64,000 nucleotides of DNA from Octopus sinensis. Its lineage: Eukaryota. Positions 1 to 12,786 of the stretch are shown here, piece by piece. The notes below the pieces were generated by a model that was not told the DNA's origin, searched no databases, and was given only the letters and a program-made list of their open reading frames with translations. The position numbers and the translations under genes were made by a program. The stretch lies in assembly GCF_006345805.1 (NCBI RefSeq), contig NC_043000.1:114142001-114206000 (forward strand), read 5' to 3'. Numbering within the stretch: the stretch's first letter is position 1; each line of letters opens with the position of its first letter.

Positions 1-765
1 AGATGTGAAGGAGAGAAAGAAATAGAAGTGGTTTGTTGTTGTTTATGGAAAGACAACAACAACAACGGTTACAACTTCAAGTCAGGAGACAATTAAGGTA
101 ACTATGTGGTCAGTTAACCTGCTAGACATAGCAGCAAAACAGTAAATTGACATGAAACCCTCTATTTCATCTTGAGAGAGAAAGGGGAAATTGGCCAGGG
201 TAAGCACAGGTATATGAAATGGGGGTCAGAGTAGCAATAGCTTTGATCATCAATCTGCTCAACCAGGACACACTCAGGGCTAAACAACGACAAACAGAAG
301 ACTATCCCCCATCGCCACTCATGTCTTTGACACTCTTATTTGCTTCCAAATATACTGATAATAACCCCTTGAAATAATCACAATAATATAAATAGAGTAA
401 GTGGTAGGTGTTCAGAAGGGTGCCCAGCTGTAAAATCCTTGCCAAAACTGACCTCACCATTGCTTGTGCCATGTAAAAAGCACTAAGTCCACTCTGCTAG
501 GTGGTTGGTATTCAGAGGGGCATCCAGCTGTAAAAGTCCTGCCAAAACAGTCACAGAAGTCTGGTGCAGGCTTCTGCCGGGCCAGTTCTTGTGAAACCAT
601 CCCACCCATGCCAGCATGGAAGGCAGACGTTAAACGATGATGATGATGATGACTGAAAGCATATGACAATTCACTAAACTTAGTTATCAATAGTATCATC
701 ATCAGCAGCAGCAGCATCACTATTATTATTATTAACCTCTATAAGGTGGCTAATAAGGTGAAGGT

Positions 766-1087
766 GCATGGCTCAGTGGTTAAAGTGTTGAGCTCACAAT
801 CATAAGGTAGTGAGTTCGATTCCCAGACTGGAACGTTTGTTGTATTGTTGAGCAAGACACTTTATTCCACATTACATTGCTCCATTTCACTCAGCTGTAG
901 AAATGAGTTGTGACATCACTGGTGCCAAGCCCTTGCCTTTCCCTTGAATAACACTGGTGGCGTGGAGAGAGGAGGCTAGTTATGCATGGGCGACTGCTGG
1001 TCTTCCACAAACAACCTTGCCTGGACTTGTGCCCCGGAGGGTAACTTTCTAGGTGAAATCGCATGATCATTCATGACCGAAGGGGAC
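766..1087 (+). mobile_element. tRNA-derived SINE
   Basis: A-box tggctcagtgg, B-box gagttcgattccc, followed by ttgagcaagacacttta. Confidence 0.7.
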
Positions 1088-2658
1088 CAGGTGTTGAGCT
1101 AGCAGAACTGTTACTGCGCTGGACAAAAATGCTCAGTGGCAGTTCTTTGGATTTCGTGTTTTGAATTCCAATGCCACCAAGATTTACTTTGCCTTTCAAC
1201 CTTACATGGTTGATAAGATAAATACCAGCTGAGCACTGGGGTTGCTGTAATCGACTTTTCCTTCCCTTCAAAATTGCTGGCCTTGTGCCAAAATTAAAAA
1301 TGGTTATTAATCTTTATAACATCATCACATATTTTATTGTTCATTTAATCCAGTGGTTCCCAAACTTATTCAGACTGCCACCCACCTGCCACCCAGGCCA
1401 CATTCCTAGCACCCTCACCCCAACTAAAAATCAGAAACATAGACCCCTTTCCGAAGCAAATTCAAAGCAAATGTATTTCACAAATAAAACTTAACCTAAT
1501 GAACCCATTATTTTGTTGTTTTTACATGAATCGCTCCCCACCCATTATCGCCCCACGTTTTACATGAATCGCCCCCACCCCCACCATTATCAACCCACTT
1601 TTCTTCAATGCTCCCCTTGGAACTTTCCACCCCCCATCCCCAAGGGGAGCAATACTGCCCGCGTTGGGAACTACTGGAGTCTGGAGCAATTGGAGTCTGG
1701 ACAGACTCCCTGGCTGACCAATTCCTGCCAAACCATCCAACCCATGCCAGCATAGAAAACGGATGTTAAATGATGATGATGATGTTGAGGGAAGTCCTAA
1801 ATAAAGTTTATAGATCTATAAATCCAATATTAAAGAATGTATTTGTTAAAACAACAACAAAAAACAATATTAATTGTTGAAAGTAAATAAAAGAAAGTCT
1901 TGAATATAATTGGTGCCATTCTTAATTCTTGAATTAAGTGAAGAGAAGAGGCTACAATCAAATAAAGACTCTGACAATGGTAAAATTCCTGGAGTGGATT
2001 TACTAGCGGTCTTTGTTCAAACTGATTGAGGAGAAAAACTTCTTACAAATATCTGAAGTTTGAATGCAGGAGAGGAACAGACAGACGGGAATTTGGGGTG
2101 TTCATCTTGGTCATTATTGGTAATTAGTGAGGCAAGTAATTCTAAAGTCTGAAAATAACAACAGGCTTTAACACTTGGTTCAACAGCAGCAGCCATCCAA
2201 GAATTTGGACCTGGAGATCTCCATTTCCAGCGACTTCGAGGGCCACCTCCCAGTGGTGTTGGGCGACAACGAAGAGCCCTCGACTACAACAAGACAACCG
2301 AAAGTCTTTTTTTTTCCCAAGATCTGGGGTCTCCCACCCCTAAGCCCTACACCAACACCTTATCACCCTTACCCATCTTGTTGCTTAACAACAACAACAG
2401 CAAACCAACAAGGAAGCCACTACAAGGATACTGAATCTGCTAAAGATAGCAGCCAAGTTTCTCTCAACTCACACTCTGCTATCTTGAGGAGAGAACACAT
2501 TGGACAATGTAGTCCTTGTTAGACTGTGACTAAAAACATGACATGATGTTCATGGCTAACATATTTTACATCATAGGATTACTGAATCAAAACCTGGCTC
2601 AAAGCAACAACTCCCAAATCTTTATTCAATGTAAACCCTTGTGGTTAATAAAGACGTT

Positions 2659-2689
<31 letters not shown>

Positions 2690-4574
2690 TTATGAATAAT
2701 AACAACTTTGGTAATTCTGGTAACAAAAGTATCACTGATTACATCATCCCGAGTTGACTCCTGGTACATATTTTATGAACCCCAAATGAAAACCCAGCAA
2801 GAGCTGAATCCAAAAGTAAGGGTAACTAACCAATGCCCACAACACAAGGAAGATGATGATGATGACAACAATGATGCTGGTGGTAATGATAATAATAATG
2901 ATGATGATGATGATGATGGTGGTGATAATAATAATGATGATGATGATGATGATGATGATGGGTGTCAAATTTTGGCACAAGGCCAGCAGTTTCAGGGGAG
3001 GGGGTACTTTGACCCCAGTGCTCAACTGGTACTTATTTTACTGATCCCAAAAGGAATGAAAGTCGACCCTGGCTGAATCTGAACTCTAATAATAATAATA
3101 ATAATTACTACTATTATTATTATTACTTGTAAGTGTCTTCTTTCTAGAAAGATGTTGCAAAGATTTCCTTTTGAGATTTATTTAGAAACTAATAGTATAA
3201 CCTGATTTCATTTGGGTCTACTCGACCACATTTTAAAGATGGGGAATTTTGCCCTAGAGGCCATGTCTTTCAATTGAGCAAACTCAAAGTTGCCATGCAA
3301 ACTCTCCAGCACTTTTAACATAGGTGTGCACATTTTCAGGTCAATCCAACCACATTTACAAAACTCTTGCCTTCACAACTGCTTGTGGGACAATGTCTGC
3401 TTTTTTTACAAATATATAGTAGATTACCTTTTAGATTTCTTAGCTCACAAAAGCTGAATTATTGGTCTGGGCAAGTTGCCCAGTTTGGAGTGAATCAGAA
3501 AATTCTAGCGGTAAACATAAAACATTAACCGTTTCTTAATAAAATCGATTTCTTCTATTTGGATGGGGGACAATTACAAAGACAGACATTAATTGTGAGA
3601 AGGATGGGTTACAGAGAAAAATATTTTTAAAAAATGAAATCTATGCATACAAGGTAATAACTGATGATGGGGATACAGTCCTCCAGATACAGGAGGATCT
3701 CCAACCAGGACCCAAAGAACGGCACAGATACAACATCACACTGAAAACTAAAGTAACCTCTACAACTCATTCCCTGATCTTACATGTCCACACTTAGAGT
3801 GTCCCTACCCACCCATGCCATTTTCATTGCTTACTCCCAGTTTTCAACAGATTCACTTGAAAATAGCACCACCCTCACCTTATTTTCAGGTGAAACATGA
3901 AAAAGTAGTGATGAGAGCTCAACTAATGAGAATGGTCTGGCCACAGACCATTGAATCACTTCCATCACACAATCCCTTTATCTTATAGCTTTGAGACAGA
4001 AAAAAACTGCCTTCCTAGCCTGGTTAAAGAAGCATGGCAGAACAATCATCATAATGGATTTAGCTAAGAGCTGGATCTGGCTCGTATACAAGAGTAAATG
4101 TTTATCATAACTGTACAAGTCAGCTATGCCTGGTCACTGAATGAATGTCTACCTCATTTGGTTCTTGTTGTGTGATAATGGTGACAAGAACTGAACGAGA
4201 TGGACAGGGAAAATTCTAAAGAAATTCAAATGGATGAAGCAAAGCTTTTCTTGGTGTGGAGGGGCAAAAAGAAAAACAATTGGATAAAACTGAAGCAAGT
4301 ACGGAACAAATATAGCAAAACTTCAAAAATATTTAATTGCTTGAGACTAATTAAGATTCAGAGTTATTAGAAGATGTTGGGAAATATTTTAAAACCAAAC
4401 AACCAGGGGTTACAATATTTCATATTCACAAGGAAGCCATAATTGCTAAGGTAGGGCAAATCTATCTCCAGAAGAGAATGTTATAATGTTATAATAAAGT
4501 TATCAAAAAATAAATGCAAGGAAGAAAATTATTTCAATTAATGCCTAATACACACACACACAATATATATATAT

Positions 4575-4681
4575 AAATTAGAAAAAAACACCTTTTATCA
4601 ATTCAATAATGAAAAATTAAATTTTTGATGCAATTTAATTTTTCATTATTGAATTGATAAAAGGTGTTTTTTTTCTAATTT
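4575..4681. repeat. Near-perfect palindrome (about 49-bp arms, 8-nt loop) next to (TA)n
   Basis: 4575-4623 is complementary to 4632-4681 apart from one homopolymer length difference (A7 vs T8). Confidence 0.85.
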
Positions 4682-4770
4682 TTATATATATTATATTTTA
4701 TATTTTGTGAAATTTTATTTAGTATTTCTAAATTGAATTTTTCCCTGTAAGTTTGGAATAAGATTCCCTC

Positions 4771-4809
<39 letters not shown>

Positions 4810-4874
4810 TATATATATATTATATATATATACATACATACATATATATATATAAAATTGTTTCCTGAATAAGA

Positions 4875-5372
4875 GTAGGATGGAGGAAGTTCAGAGAGCT
4901 TTTACCTCTGTTGACAACTAAAGGTCCCTCTCTCCAAGTGAAGGGAAGATTCTATGATGCATGTGTATGAAGTGCAATGCTGCATGGTAGTGAGACATGA
5001 GCTCTGAATGCGAAGGACATGTGTAGGCTTGCAAGAAATGAAGCTAGTATGTTCCACTGGATGTGTAATGTCAGTGTGCATGTGCAACAGAGCATTGTGT
5101 ATTGAGAGAGGAGCTGAGCATAAGAGGAAACAGATGCAGTGTACAAGAGGAGACTGCGCTGATTTGGTCATGTGATGCGGATGAATGAGATGGTTACATA
5201 AAGTGGCGATCACTTAAAAGTGGAGGTGGGTCATGGGAGAGGGAGGCCCAGGAAGACACGGGTCGAAGTACTGAAGGCTGATCTCAAAACATTGAACCTT
5301 AAAATGGAAATGACAGAGGACCGAGATATGTGGCACATTGCTGTACTCGAGAAGACCCGACCACCACAACAG
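4875..5372 (+). mobile_element. Degraded RTE-clade LINE, C-terminal region after the RT domain
   Basis: Broken translation FRELLPLLTTKG...KGRFYDACV*SAMLHGSET...RLR*FGHVMRM...GRGRPRKT, typical of RTE ORF ends. Contains stops and frameshifts. Confidence 0.8.
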
Positions 5373-6098
5373 TATTAATGTCCTAAACCCAAAGTGTCAT
5401 GTAAAAAGTAATTGTTTGGTTCTGGTGCCATGTAAAAAGCACCTAGTACACTGTCAGGAGTGGTTGGCATTAGGAAGGGCATCCAGCCATAGGAACCAGG
5501 TGTAAACAGACTATGGAGCCAAGTGCAGTCCTGTCCAACCCATGCCAGCATGGAAAAAAGACGTTAAATGTTGATGATGATTATCATCATGATCATGTAC
5601 AGAAGACATAATTATACGTATTTCTATTTTCTTCTGAATTTTTCTGTGAGTCATGGCAATCACCATAGTAACCACAACAGTGATCAAAGAATTACACAGT
5701 AAACCTACGAGATTGTTCATTGATTGATTCCAATAATAGAACTGACTTGAGGAAATTTCTCAATGAATAATGAGAAAAGTTGGCAAAATTATCTCTCTTA
5801 GTCATATACACATGTGCATGCGCGCACACACACACACACATGTAGGAAAACAAACTGTAATATTAAAAGTACTTGTTTTAACCCACAGAAAGAATTAAGA
5901 AAGACAGATGCATTGATAAACAAAACGGACTAGAAAGCCCAAGGAATGGATGAAGATATTCTTTGAGAAAAGAGAAACAGTCTAAACAGTGATGTCAGTA
6001 TAACAAAACTAATGCTCTATTTCTTTTTTTGTTTCTTTTTTCTCTCTCTCACATACAGACAGACACACACCAATATAATTATATTGTAGTTAAGATAC

Positions 6099-6508
6099 TC
6101 GTACCGGTGACACGTTAAAAGCACCGTTCGAACGTGGCAGATGCCAGCGCCACCTGACTGGCGTCTGTGTTGGTGACACGTAAAAGCATCAACCGATCGT
6201 AGCCGTTAAAAGCACCGTCCGAACGTGGCAGATGCCGGCGTCGCCTGACTGGCATCCGTGTTGGTGACACATAAAAGCACCAACCAATCGTAGCCGTTTG
6301 TCAGCCTCCTCTGGCCCCTGTGCCGGTGTCATGTAAAAAGCACCCACTACACTCATAGAGTGGTTGGCATTAGGAAGGGCATCCAGCTGTAGAAACACTG
6401 TCAGATCAGACTGGAGCCTGGTGCAGCCTCCTGGTTTCCCAGACCCTGGTCGAACCGTCCAACCCATGCTAGCATGGAAAACGGACGTTAAACGATGATG
6501 ATGATGAT
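6099..6508 (+). mobile_element. RTE-tailed SINE with internal subrepeats of about 60 bp
   Basis: Ends cccatgctagcatggaaaacggacgttaaacgatgatgatgat. Related copies near 400-655, 5410-5580, 30990-31325, 34853-35362, 36588-37305, 45825-46595 and 56575-56820. Confidence 0.75.
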
Positions 6509-7148
6509 GTACAGATTCAATCCTGTTAACTAGAGGAGATTTGTGAAATCAAGCAGTAGAGTAATCAGGCCCAAGAAATTACTTGTTTGTGTTCATCCCA
6601 CAACAGCAGCAGACATACAGTAACCTTAACAAAGAGGGACCAAGAGCATGAAATGTGTAGTTTTAGTAGAAGTTAGCCCAACAGGTCAGCTGGAGCAACA
6701 CCTCACAAGTGGAGGGAAAACCAGCTTTTGAGTGTAGCTAAAAATCTTGATTAGTTTTAGACAGCAATAGGTTGTTAGTGAAAATAATGAAGAAAATTAA
6801 ACGAAAAATATAACTTAACAGTGACATCACAAGAAAGGCAATAAAAAATAAATCATAATTGAACGAGACAAGCAAAAGATAACAAAAAAAACAAAAAAAT
6901 ACGCAAATAACTGAAAGTAAAAGAAACAAACAATAAAAGCTTCCATCGGAATATTTATGAAGGAAGAAATATACCGAGAGAAAAGATAATGTTAGCCATG
7001 ATTACAGAGAGGCTCAGAACAGCAGAGATAACAGAAAAACTTAGAAACAAGATGCAGCAGCTGAGGAGATAATAATGTGGACTTTAAACACTGCATTTAC
7101 ACAGTTTTACTGAAATGTAATAAAGATTATATCAACGTAAAGCATCAT

Positions 7149-7190
<42 letters not shown>

Positions 7191-7244
7191 TTTGTAAAAC
7201 ACATAAATCCAAAAGAAGAAGCACACTCTAAGATGTAGAGCAGC

Positions 7245-7555
7245 ATATATTAAAAATGGGGAAGGCCAGTTTATGGGGTTACCTTAGGTTTCCCGCCCAC
7301 AAAGGGGGTTTAGCTTTATAGTGTATCGTCACATCCCAAAAACCTGTAGGCCCATGACCTTTTAAAAATATGGAGGGGGAAATCTCTTTCTCTCTATGTT
7401 TCGGCTACTCCACTAAGAATATACCCTCCATATTTTTAAGAGGTCGTGGGCCAACAGGCTTTTGAGATCTGATGATATGCCATAAAGCTAAACCCTTTAT
7501 GGATGGGAAACCTAAGGCAATCCCATAAACCAGCCTTCCCCATTTTTAATATATA
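7245..7555. mobile_element. Foldback element with arms of about 130 bp and degenerate hammerhead motifs
   Basis: 7245-7377 pairs with 7424-7555. TA-rich flanks. Confidence 0.7.
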
Positions 7556-8428
7556 TATATGTAGTAGAATAAGAAACTGAAAGTCCTTCGTACAATATTA
7601 TATATTTGAAAAAATGAATAGAAATAGTTATTTTTGACAATTTTTCCACTTTAATAATCATATGGGTTATAAATTATTAGGTGTTTATAAATTGGCCATC
7701 CTGACAGATTAAGACGATTTGTAAAACACCTAATGATTATAAATAACTGCTTATTAAAGTGGAAAAATTATCAGAAAAACCATTTTTATTCTTTTTTTAA
7801 ATACACACACAAACATACACACGTAATTTCACACTATACACAGCAGATAAAGCAAAACAAAAATATTGCAAATAAAATTTTCATCCACAAAAAAAAAAGA
7901 AAAAAATGCTGTTTGTTTACGGAATCAATTGCTAAATCAGAGAATTTGAAACTGTTCCTTTTTGGTGGTAAAATGTGAAAACATACCCATCACTGAATGA
8001 CCTCCCCCTCCATCCACACACACACACACAAAATATGCTTTTGCATTTATATGACGTTAACTATGTCAATGAAATTTCATAATGAATGTGTGGGCAGGCC
8101 CCTTATTGCTATTCATTTCAGCTGAACTCACAATCAGAAACAAAGTACCAGATGACACAGGCTGACCAATCATAACCAAAGCATCCAGTCTAAATCCCAA
8201 TATCGCTTTCATTTCCTTAAAACTAGCAATAAAAGGAAGCTAATCTAATCTCCATCGACCAAGGAAATGAATACAACTTATGCCGGACTCATCTTAGTTT
8301 AACCTTTGTTTGTCTTTAATAAAATAAAATACTTTTGTCCTCAAAACCTTTTACAAATAAACTTGGCATTTACACTACCATGCAAGGACACAGTCCAGCA
8401 AAGCACATATATATATATCACAAGAAAA

Positions 8429-8545
8429 TTTTATATAGAGTTACCCAAGGTTTCACGCCCACAGAGGCTAAGCCTTGGGGGCAGCTCTATATCCACAAGG
8501 TTTTGGCTTTGTGGATGCAAAACCTTGGGTAAACTCTATATAAAA
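8429..8545. mobile_element. Short foldback element related to the 7245-7555 family
   Basis: Termini ttttatatagagttacccaaggttt and aaaccttgggtaaactctatataaaa are near-complementary. Confidence 0.62.
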
Positions 8546-9604
8546 TATTGTTGTAATAATTACTTCTCTAGTTTTTAGTGTGCTTTTTCTGATATGTTTT
8601 TTGTTTTATTAACCATATATATATATACATACATACACACACACTAATATCGAACTGTTAGAATGAGTGCTCAACACCACACTGATGGATATTCTTTATT
8701 TAGCAATTTAAAAAGGTAACCAATAGTTTTGTGTGAACAGATCTTCACAATTGTTGAAGCATGCCATAATGAAGTGTTGGCATTCGTTTCCATTTTAGAT
8801 GATAATTAAGGAATTAATCTATGGCGAATGCAATTTCTTGCAAAAATCCAGGGCTAAGTGAGATAACAAGAGATTCTTATAAGTTACCTCCTATGATCAA
8901 TATATTTATTTCAAAATTCCATTGGATCACATGCAAGCTTTTACATATATATATATATATAAACAATAATTACTAAGATATATGAAAATATTTCTTTTTA
9001 ATAATTATAACAAGCACGCAAGGCTAGTGAATTGGATAGGGGTTTAACCAATTATATGAACCCAACTCCCCACACACACAGTGCTTGACCTGTATTTTAT
9101 TAATTCCTAAGGATAAATGGCAAACTGACCTGAACAGGGTATATAATCCCCATCATCATCATCGTTTAACATCTGCCTTCCATGCTGGCATGAGCAGGAC
9201 GGTTTGAAAGGAGCTGGCCAGGCAGAAGCCTGCACCAGAATTCTGATATGAATACAGAATGTAAAAAGAAATACCACCAGGTATCTCATCTGATGCTCTC
9301 AAAATATTTATTTGTCATAGCCAGACTGGAGCCACACAAACTGAACAATATTATTCCAATTCCAAACTCATCCAACAGGAATGGTGAAAAGTGAAAAGGA
9401 ATTTATGCAATATGGGACATGAAATAATGAAGCTGTCCAAGGATGATGCTATTACGAGGGAGCAATAAATTCCTATGAAAATACCCATATCTCAAAGTTC
9501 TTATTTTCTGACCAATTCTAAATAACATATGCATCTTTATGCCTATGTTATAATTGCAATTGCACTTTAGCATATGTTTGTGTGTGTGCATTTGGATATA
9601 TTAA

Positions 9605-9825
9605 TCCTTTCGTTACCAACTCGGCTGAAACTGGCTCTGGCTCTGTAGTACAAATGTTTTGTTTTCATGAGTTTTGAATCAAAATTTTCCACCTAACCTT
9701 AGTCACAATTTATGTTCCTAACACTAGCTGAATGATAACTAAGTTATTTTACTAAATTCTTTGTTATATTTAAAGTAAGTGAAAGAAACACAGAGCATCT
9801 CAAAATAAATACAGTAATGAAAGGT
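9605..9825. mobile_element. piggyBac-type MITE, second copy of the 42398 family
   Basis: Colinear with 42398-42619. TTAA flanks at 9601-9604 and 9826-9829. Confidence 0.8.
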
Positions 9826-10197
9826 TTAATAAGGAAAAAATACAAACTGACAGAAAATAGCCTGATAACCTCTGATCGAGTTTAAACCAGATTAAATTAT
9901 GAACCATTCTATCATAGAGATGCTTTTGTGACTGGCTTAAAATTAAAACTACAACTGTTATTTGGCAAAAGAATAGTTTATAACATATTAGATCTCTCTC
10001 TCTCTCTCTCTTTCCAATCATCTCGCTTTATCATATAACTCAACTAGTGTAGGATTTGTCCAACCAACCCTAAGTAGTTCCAGAGAGGCATCAATCATGA
10101 TTTGCAGGGAGGTTTTTGCATACTTTTTTTTATTTCAAGCAGTACTGATTTTTTATAAACATACATAGACATGTACATACATACATACATGCACAAT

Positions 10198-10285
<88 letters not shown>

Positions 10286-10458
10286 TAAGGTCAGGCGGGG
10301 TGTGAAGTTGGGGCATTTCCAGAGAAGCACTCAACCTGAATACTGGGCTATCAACACAGTTGGGTTCCAGGCCAAAGTTGGAATTCTACAGGTGTAGAAA
10401 ATTCAAGTTTCATGACGATTATACTGTCAAATGGGCTTGGCAAAGAATAAATAATCCA

Positions 10459-10706
10459 ATGAAAAGAAGAAGACAATGAAAATGCTTTGACACATCTTCA
10501 ATAGAAGTTGTAATTGTTTCCGTATCATCTCTATTTGCAACGTCAGTTTACACAAAAATTCTTAGAGAGACACTTCATCAGACATGTATCGAAAGTGTGT
10601 TTTTACCTTGGCATTGCAAATAGAGATGGTATGGAAACAATTGTAACTTATGTTAAAGGTGTGTTAAAGAATTTTCCTTGTCTTCTTCTTTTCATTGTAT
10701 ATGTGT
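10459..10706. repeat. Diverged inverted repeat with arms of about 80 bp
   Basis: aatgaaaagaagaagacaatgaaaatgc...ctctatttgcaa mirrors ttgcaaatagagatgg...cttcttcttttcatt. Confidence 0.7.
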
Positions 10707-11232
10707 GTGTGTGTGTAAACATTAGATTACCTAAAATATGTTGGGTGACATACTTTAACTTCTAACAGCAAATTCATGGCAGTTACTATGGAGAAAAAAT
10801 TCTCTTATTGTAAAAGGTGTATAAACACCATATCTGCCCCGTGCTTCCCATATCAGATTCTAAGGCAGCTGTCCCTAGCTCTTTAGCTGTTTTACACACA
10901 CACACACACACATACATACATATATATATATATATGTATATATATATATGTATATAAAAATTTTGCAATTAAGGACAACTACTTAATAAGGAAAACTTAA
11001 CAAGAAATTGTCAGGTAGATAGCGTAAAAACCTCATAAGAGAAAAAATTTCGAAAATAATTATTTCTTATTGAACATATTAATTTATATATAGAGGGCAT
11101 AATTATACATACATGCCAGGAGGCATTATATATACCTGCCAAACGCTAAGAGGGACAATCAGTCATTTCTACCAAAAATATTACTAATCCCACCGAATGC
11201 AACTTTTCAAAGTAAGACATTTAAAAATATAT

Positions 11233-11280
11233 AGGCCTGTATCACAGTGATTTCATACTTACGTAATCATCAGCAGGCCT
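11233..11280 (-). ncRNA. Type I hammerhead ribozyme motif, sense to the LRCH transcript
   Basis: AGGCCUG-CUGAUGA-UUACGUAAGUAU-GAAA-UCACUGUGA-UA-CAGGCCU. Stem I is 7 bp, the core is canonical and stem III is quasi-palindromic. Confidence 0.8.
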
Positions 11281-11770
11281 GAATGTATTATAAATAAACA
11301 ACGACCTTGCCTCGCTTAAGCCGAACAGCTAACTGATCAACATCAACGAAGCACATGGGTGAGTTTATATATATTACATCCGGGTGAATGGCAAACTTTT
11401 ACAAAATTGCATTTCGGGAGAGGAAAAGTTTTTTCGGAATAAAAATTTTGCAATTAAGGACAACTACTTAATAAGGAAAACTTAACAAGAAATTGTCAGG
11501 TAGATAGCGTAAAAACCTCATAAGAGAAAAAATTTCGAAAATAATTATTTCTTATTGAACATATTAATTTATATATAGAGGGCATAATTATACATACATG
11601 CCAGGAGGCATTATATATACCTGCCAAACGCTAAGAGGGACAATCAGTCATTTCTACCAAAATTCTACCGGATGTAATATATATAAACTCACCCATGTGC
11701 TTCGTTGATGTTGATCAGTTAGCTGTTCGGCTTAAGCGAGGCAAGGTCGTTGTTTATTTATAATACATTC

Positions 11771-11818
11771 AGGCCTGCTGATGATTACGTAAGTATGAAA
11801 TCACTGTGATACAGGCCT
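11771..11818 (+). ncRNA. Type I hammerhead ribozyme motif
   Basis: Identical 48-nt motif. Predicted cleavage after 11811. Confidence 0.8.
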
Positions 11819-12253
11819 ATATATTTTTAAATGTCTTACTTTGAAAAGTTGCATTCGGTGGGATTAGTAATATTTTTGGTAGAAATGACTGATTGTCCCT
11901 CTTAGCGTTTGGCAGGTATATATAATGCCTCCTGGCATGTATGTATAATTATGCCCTCTATATATAAATTAATATGTTCAATAAGAAATAATTATTTTCG
12001 AAATTTTTTCTCTTATGAGGTTTTTACGCTATCTACCTGACAATTTCTTGTTAAGTTTTCCTTATTAAGTAGTTGTCCTTAATTGCAAAATTTTTATTCC
12101 GAAAAAACTTTTCCTCTCCCGAAATGCAATTTTGTAAAAGTTTGCCATTCACCCGGATATAATATATATAAACTCACCCATGTGCTTCGTTGATGTGATC
12201 AGTTAGCTGTTCGGCTTAAGCGAGGCAAGGTCGTTGTTTATTATAATACATTC

Positions 12254-12301
12254 AGGCCTGCTGATGATTACGTAAGTATGAAATCACTGTGATACAGGCC
12301 T
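12254..12301 (+). ncRNA. Type I hammerhead ribozyme motif
   Basis: Identical 48-nt motif. Predicted cleavage after 12294. Confidence 0.8.
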
Positions 12302-12738
12302 ATATATTTTTAAATGTCTTACTTTGAAAAGTTGCATTCGGTGGGATTAGTAATATTTTTGGTAGAAATGACTGATTGTCCCTCTTAGCGTTTGGCAGGT
12401 ATATATAATGCCTCCTGGCATGTATGTATAATTATGCCCTCTATATATAAATTAATATGTTCAATAAGAAATAATTATTTTCGAAATTTTTTCTCTTATG
12501 AGGTTTTTACGCTATCTACCTGACAATTTCTTGTTAAGTTTTCCTTATTAAGTAGTTGTCCTTAATTGCAAAATTTTTATTCCGAAAAAACTTTTCCTCT
12601 CCCGAAATGCAATTTTGTAAAAGTTTGCCATTCACCCGGATGTAATATATATAAACTCACCCATGTGCTTCGTTGATGTTGATCAGTTAGCTGTTCGGCT
12701 TAAGCGAGGCAAGGTCGTTGTTTATTTAAAATACATTC

Positions 12739-12786
12739 AGGCCTGCTGATGATTACGTAAGTATGAAATCACTGTGATACAGGCCT
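12739..12786 (+). ncRNA. Type I hammerhead ribozyme motif
   Basis: Identical 48-nt motif. Predicted cleavage after 12779. Confidence 0.8.

Noticed and set aside
2175-2522. 115-aa plus-strand ORF and an overlapping open minus frame
   Set aside because: No recognisable domain and no supporting splice partners.
2708-3076. Acidic D/N-rich ORF
   Set aside because: It is a (GAT)n/(AAT)n trinucleotide tract running into a SINE.
6935-7060. Hydrophobic minus-strand frame CCILFLSFSVISAVLSLSVIMANIIFSLGIFLPS* as the LRCH transmembrane terminal exon
   Set aside because: Its acceptor requires phase 2 but the last identified exon ends in phase 0. T-rich sequence readily gives hydrophobic translations.
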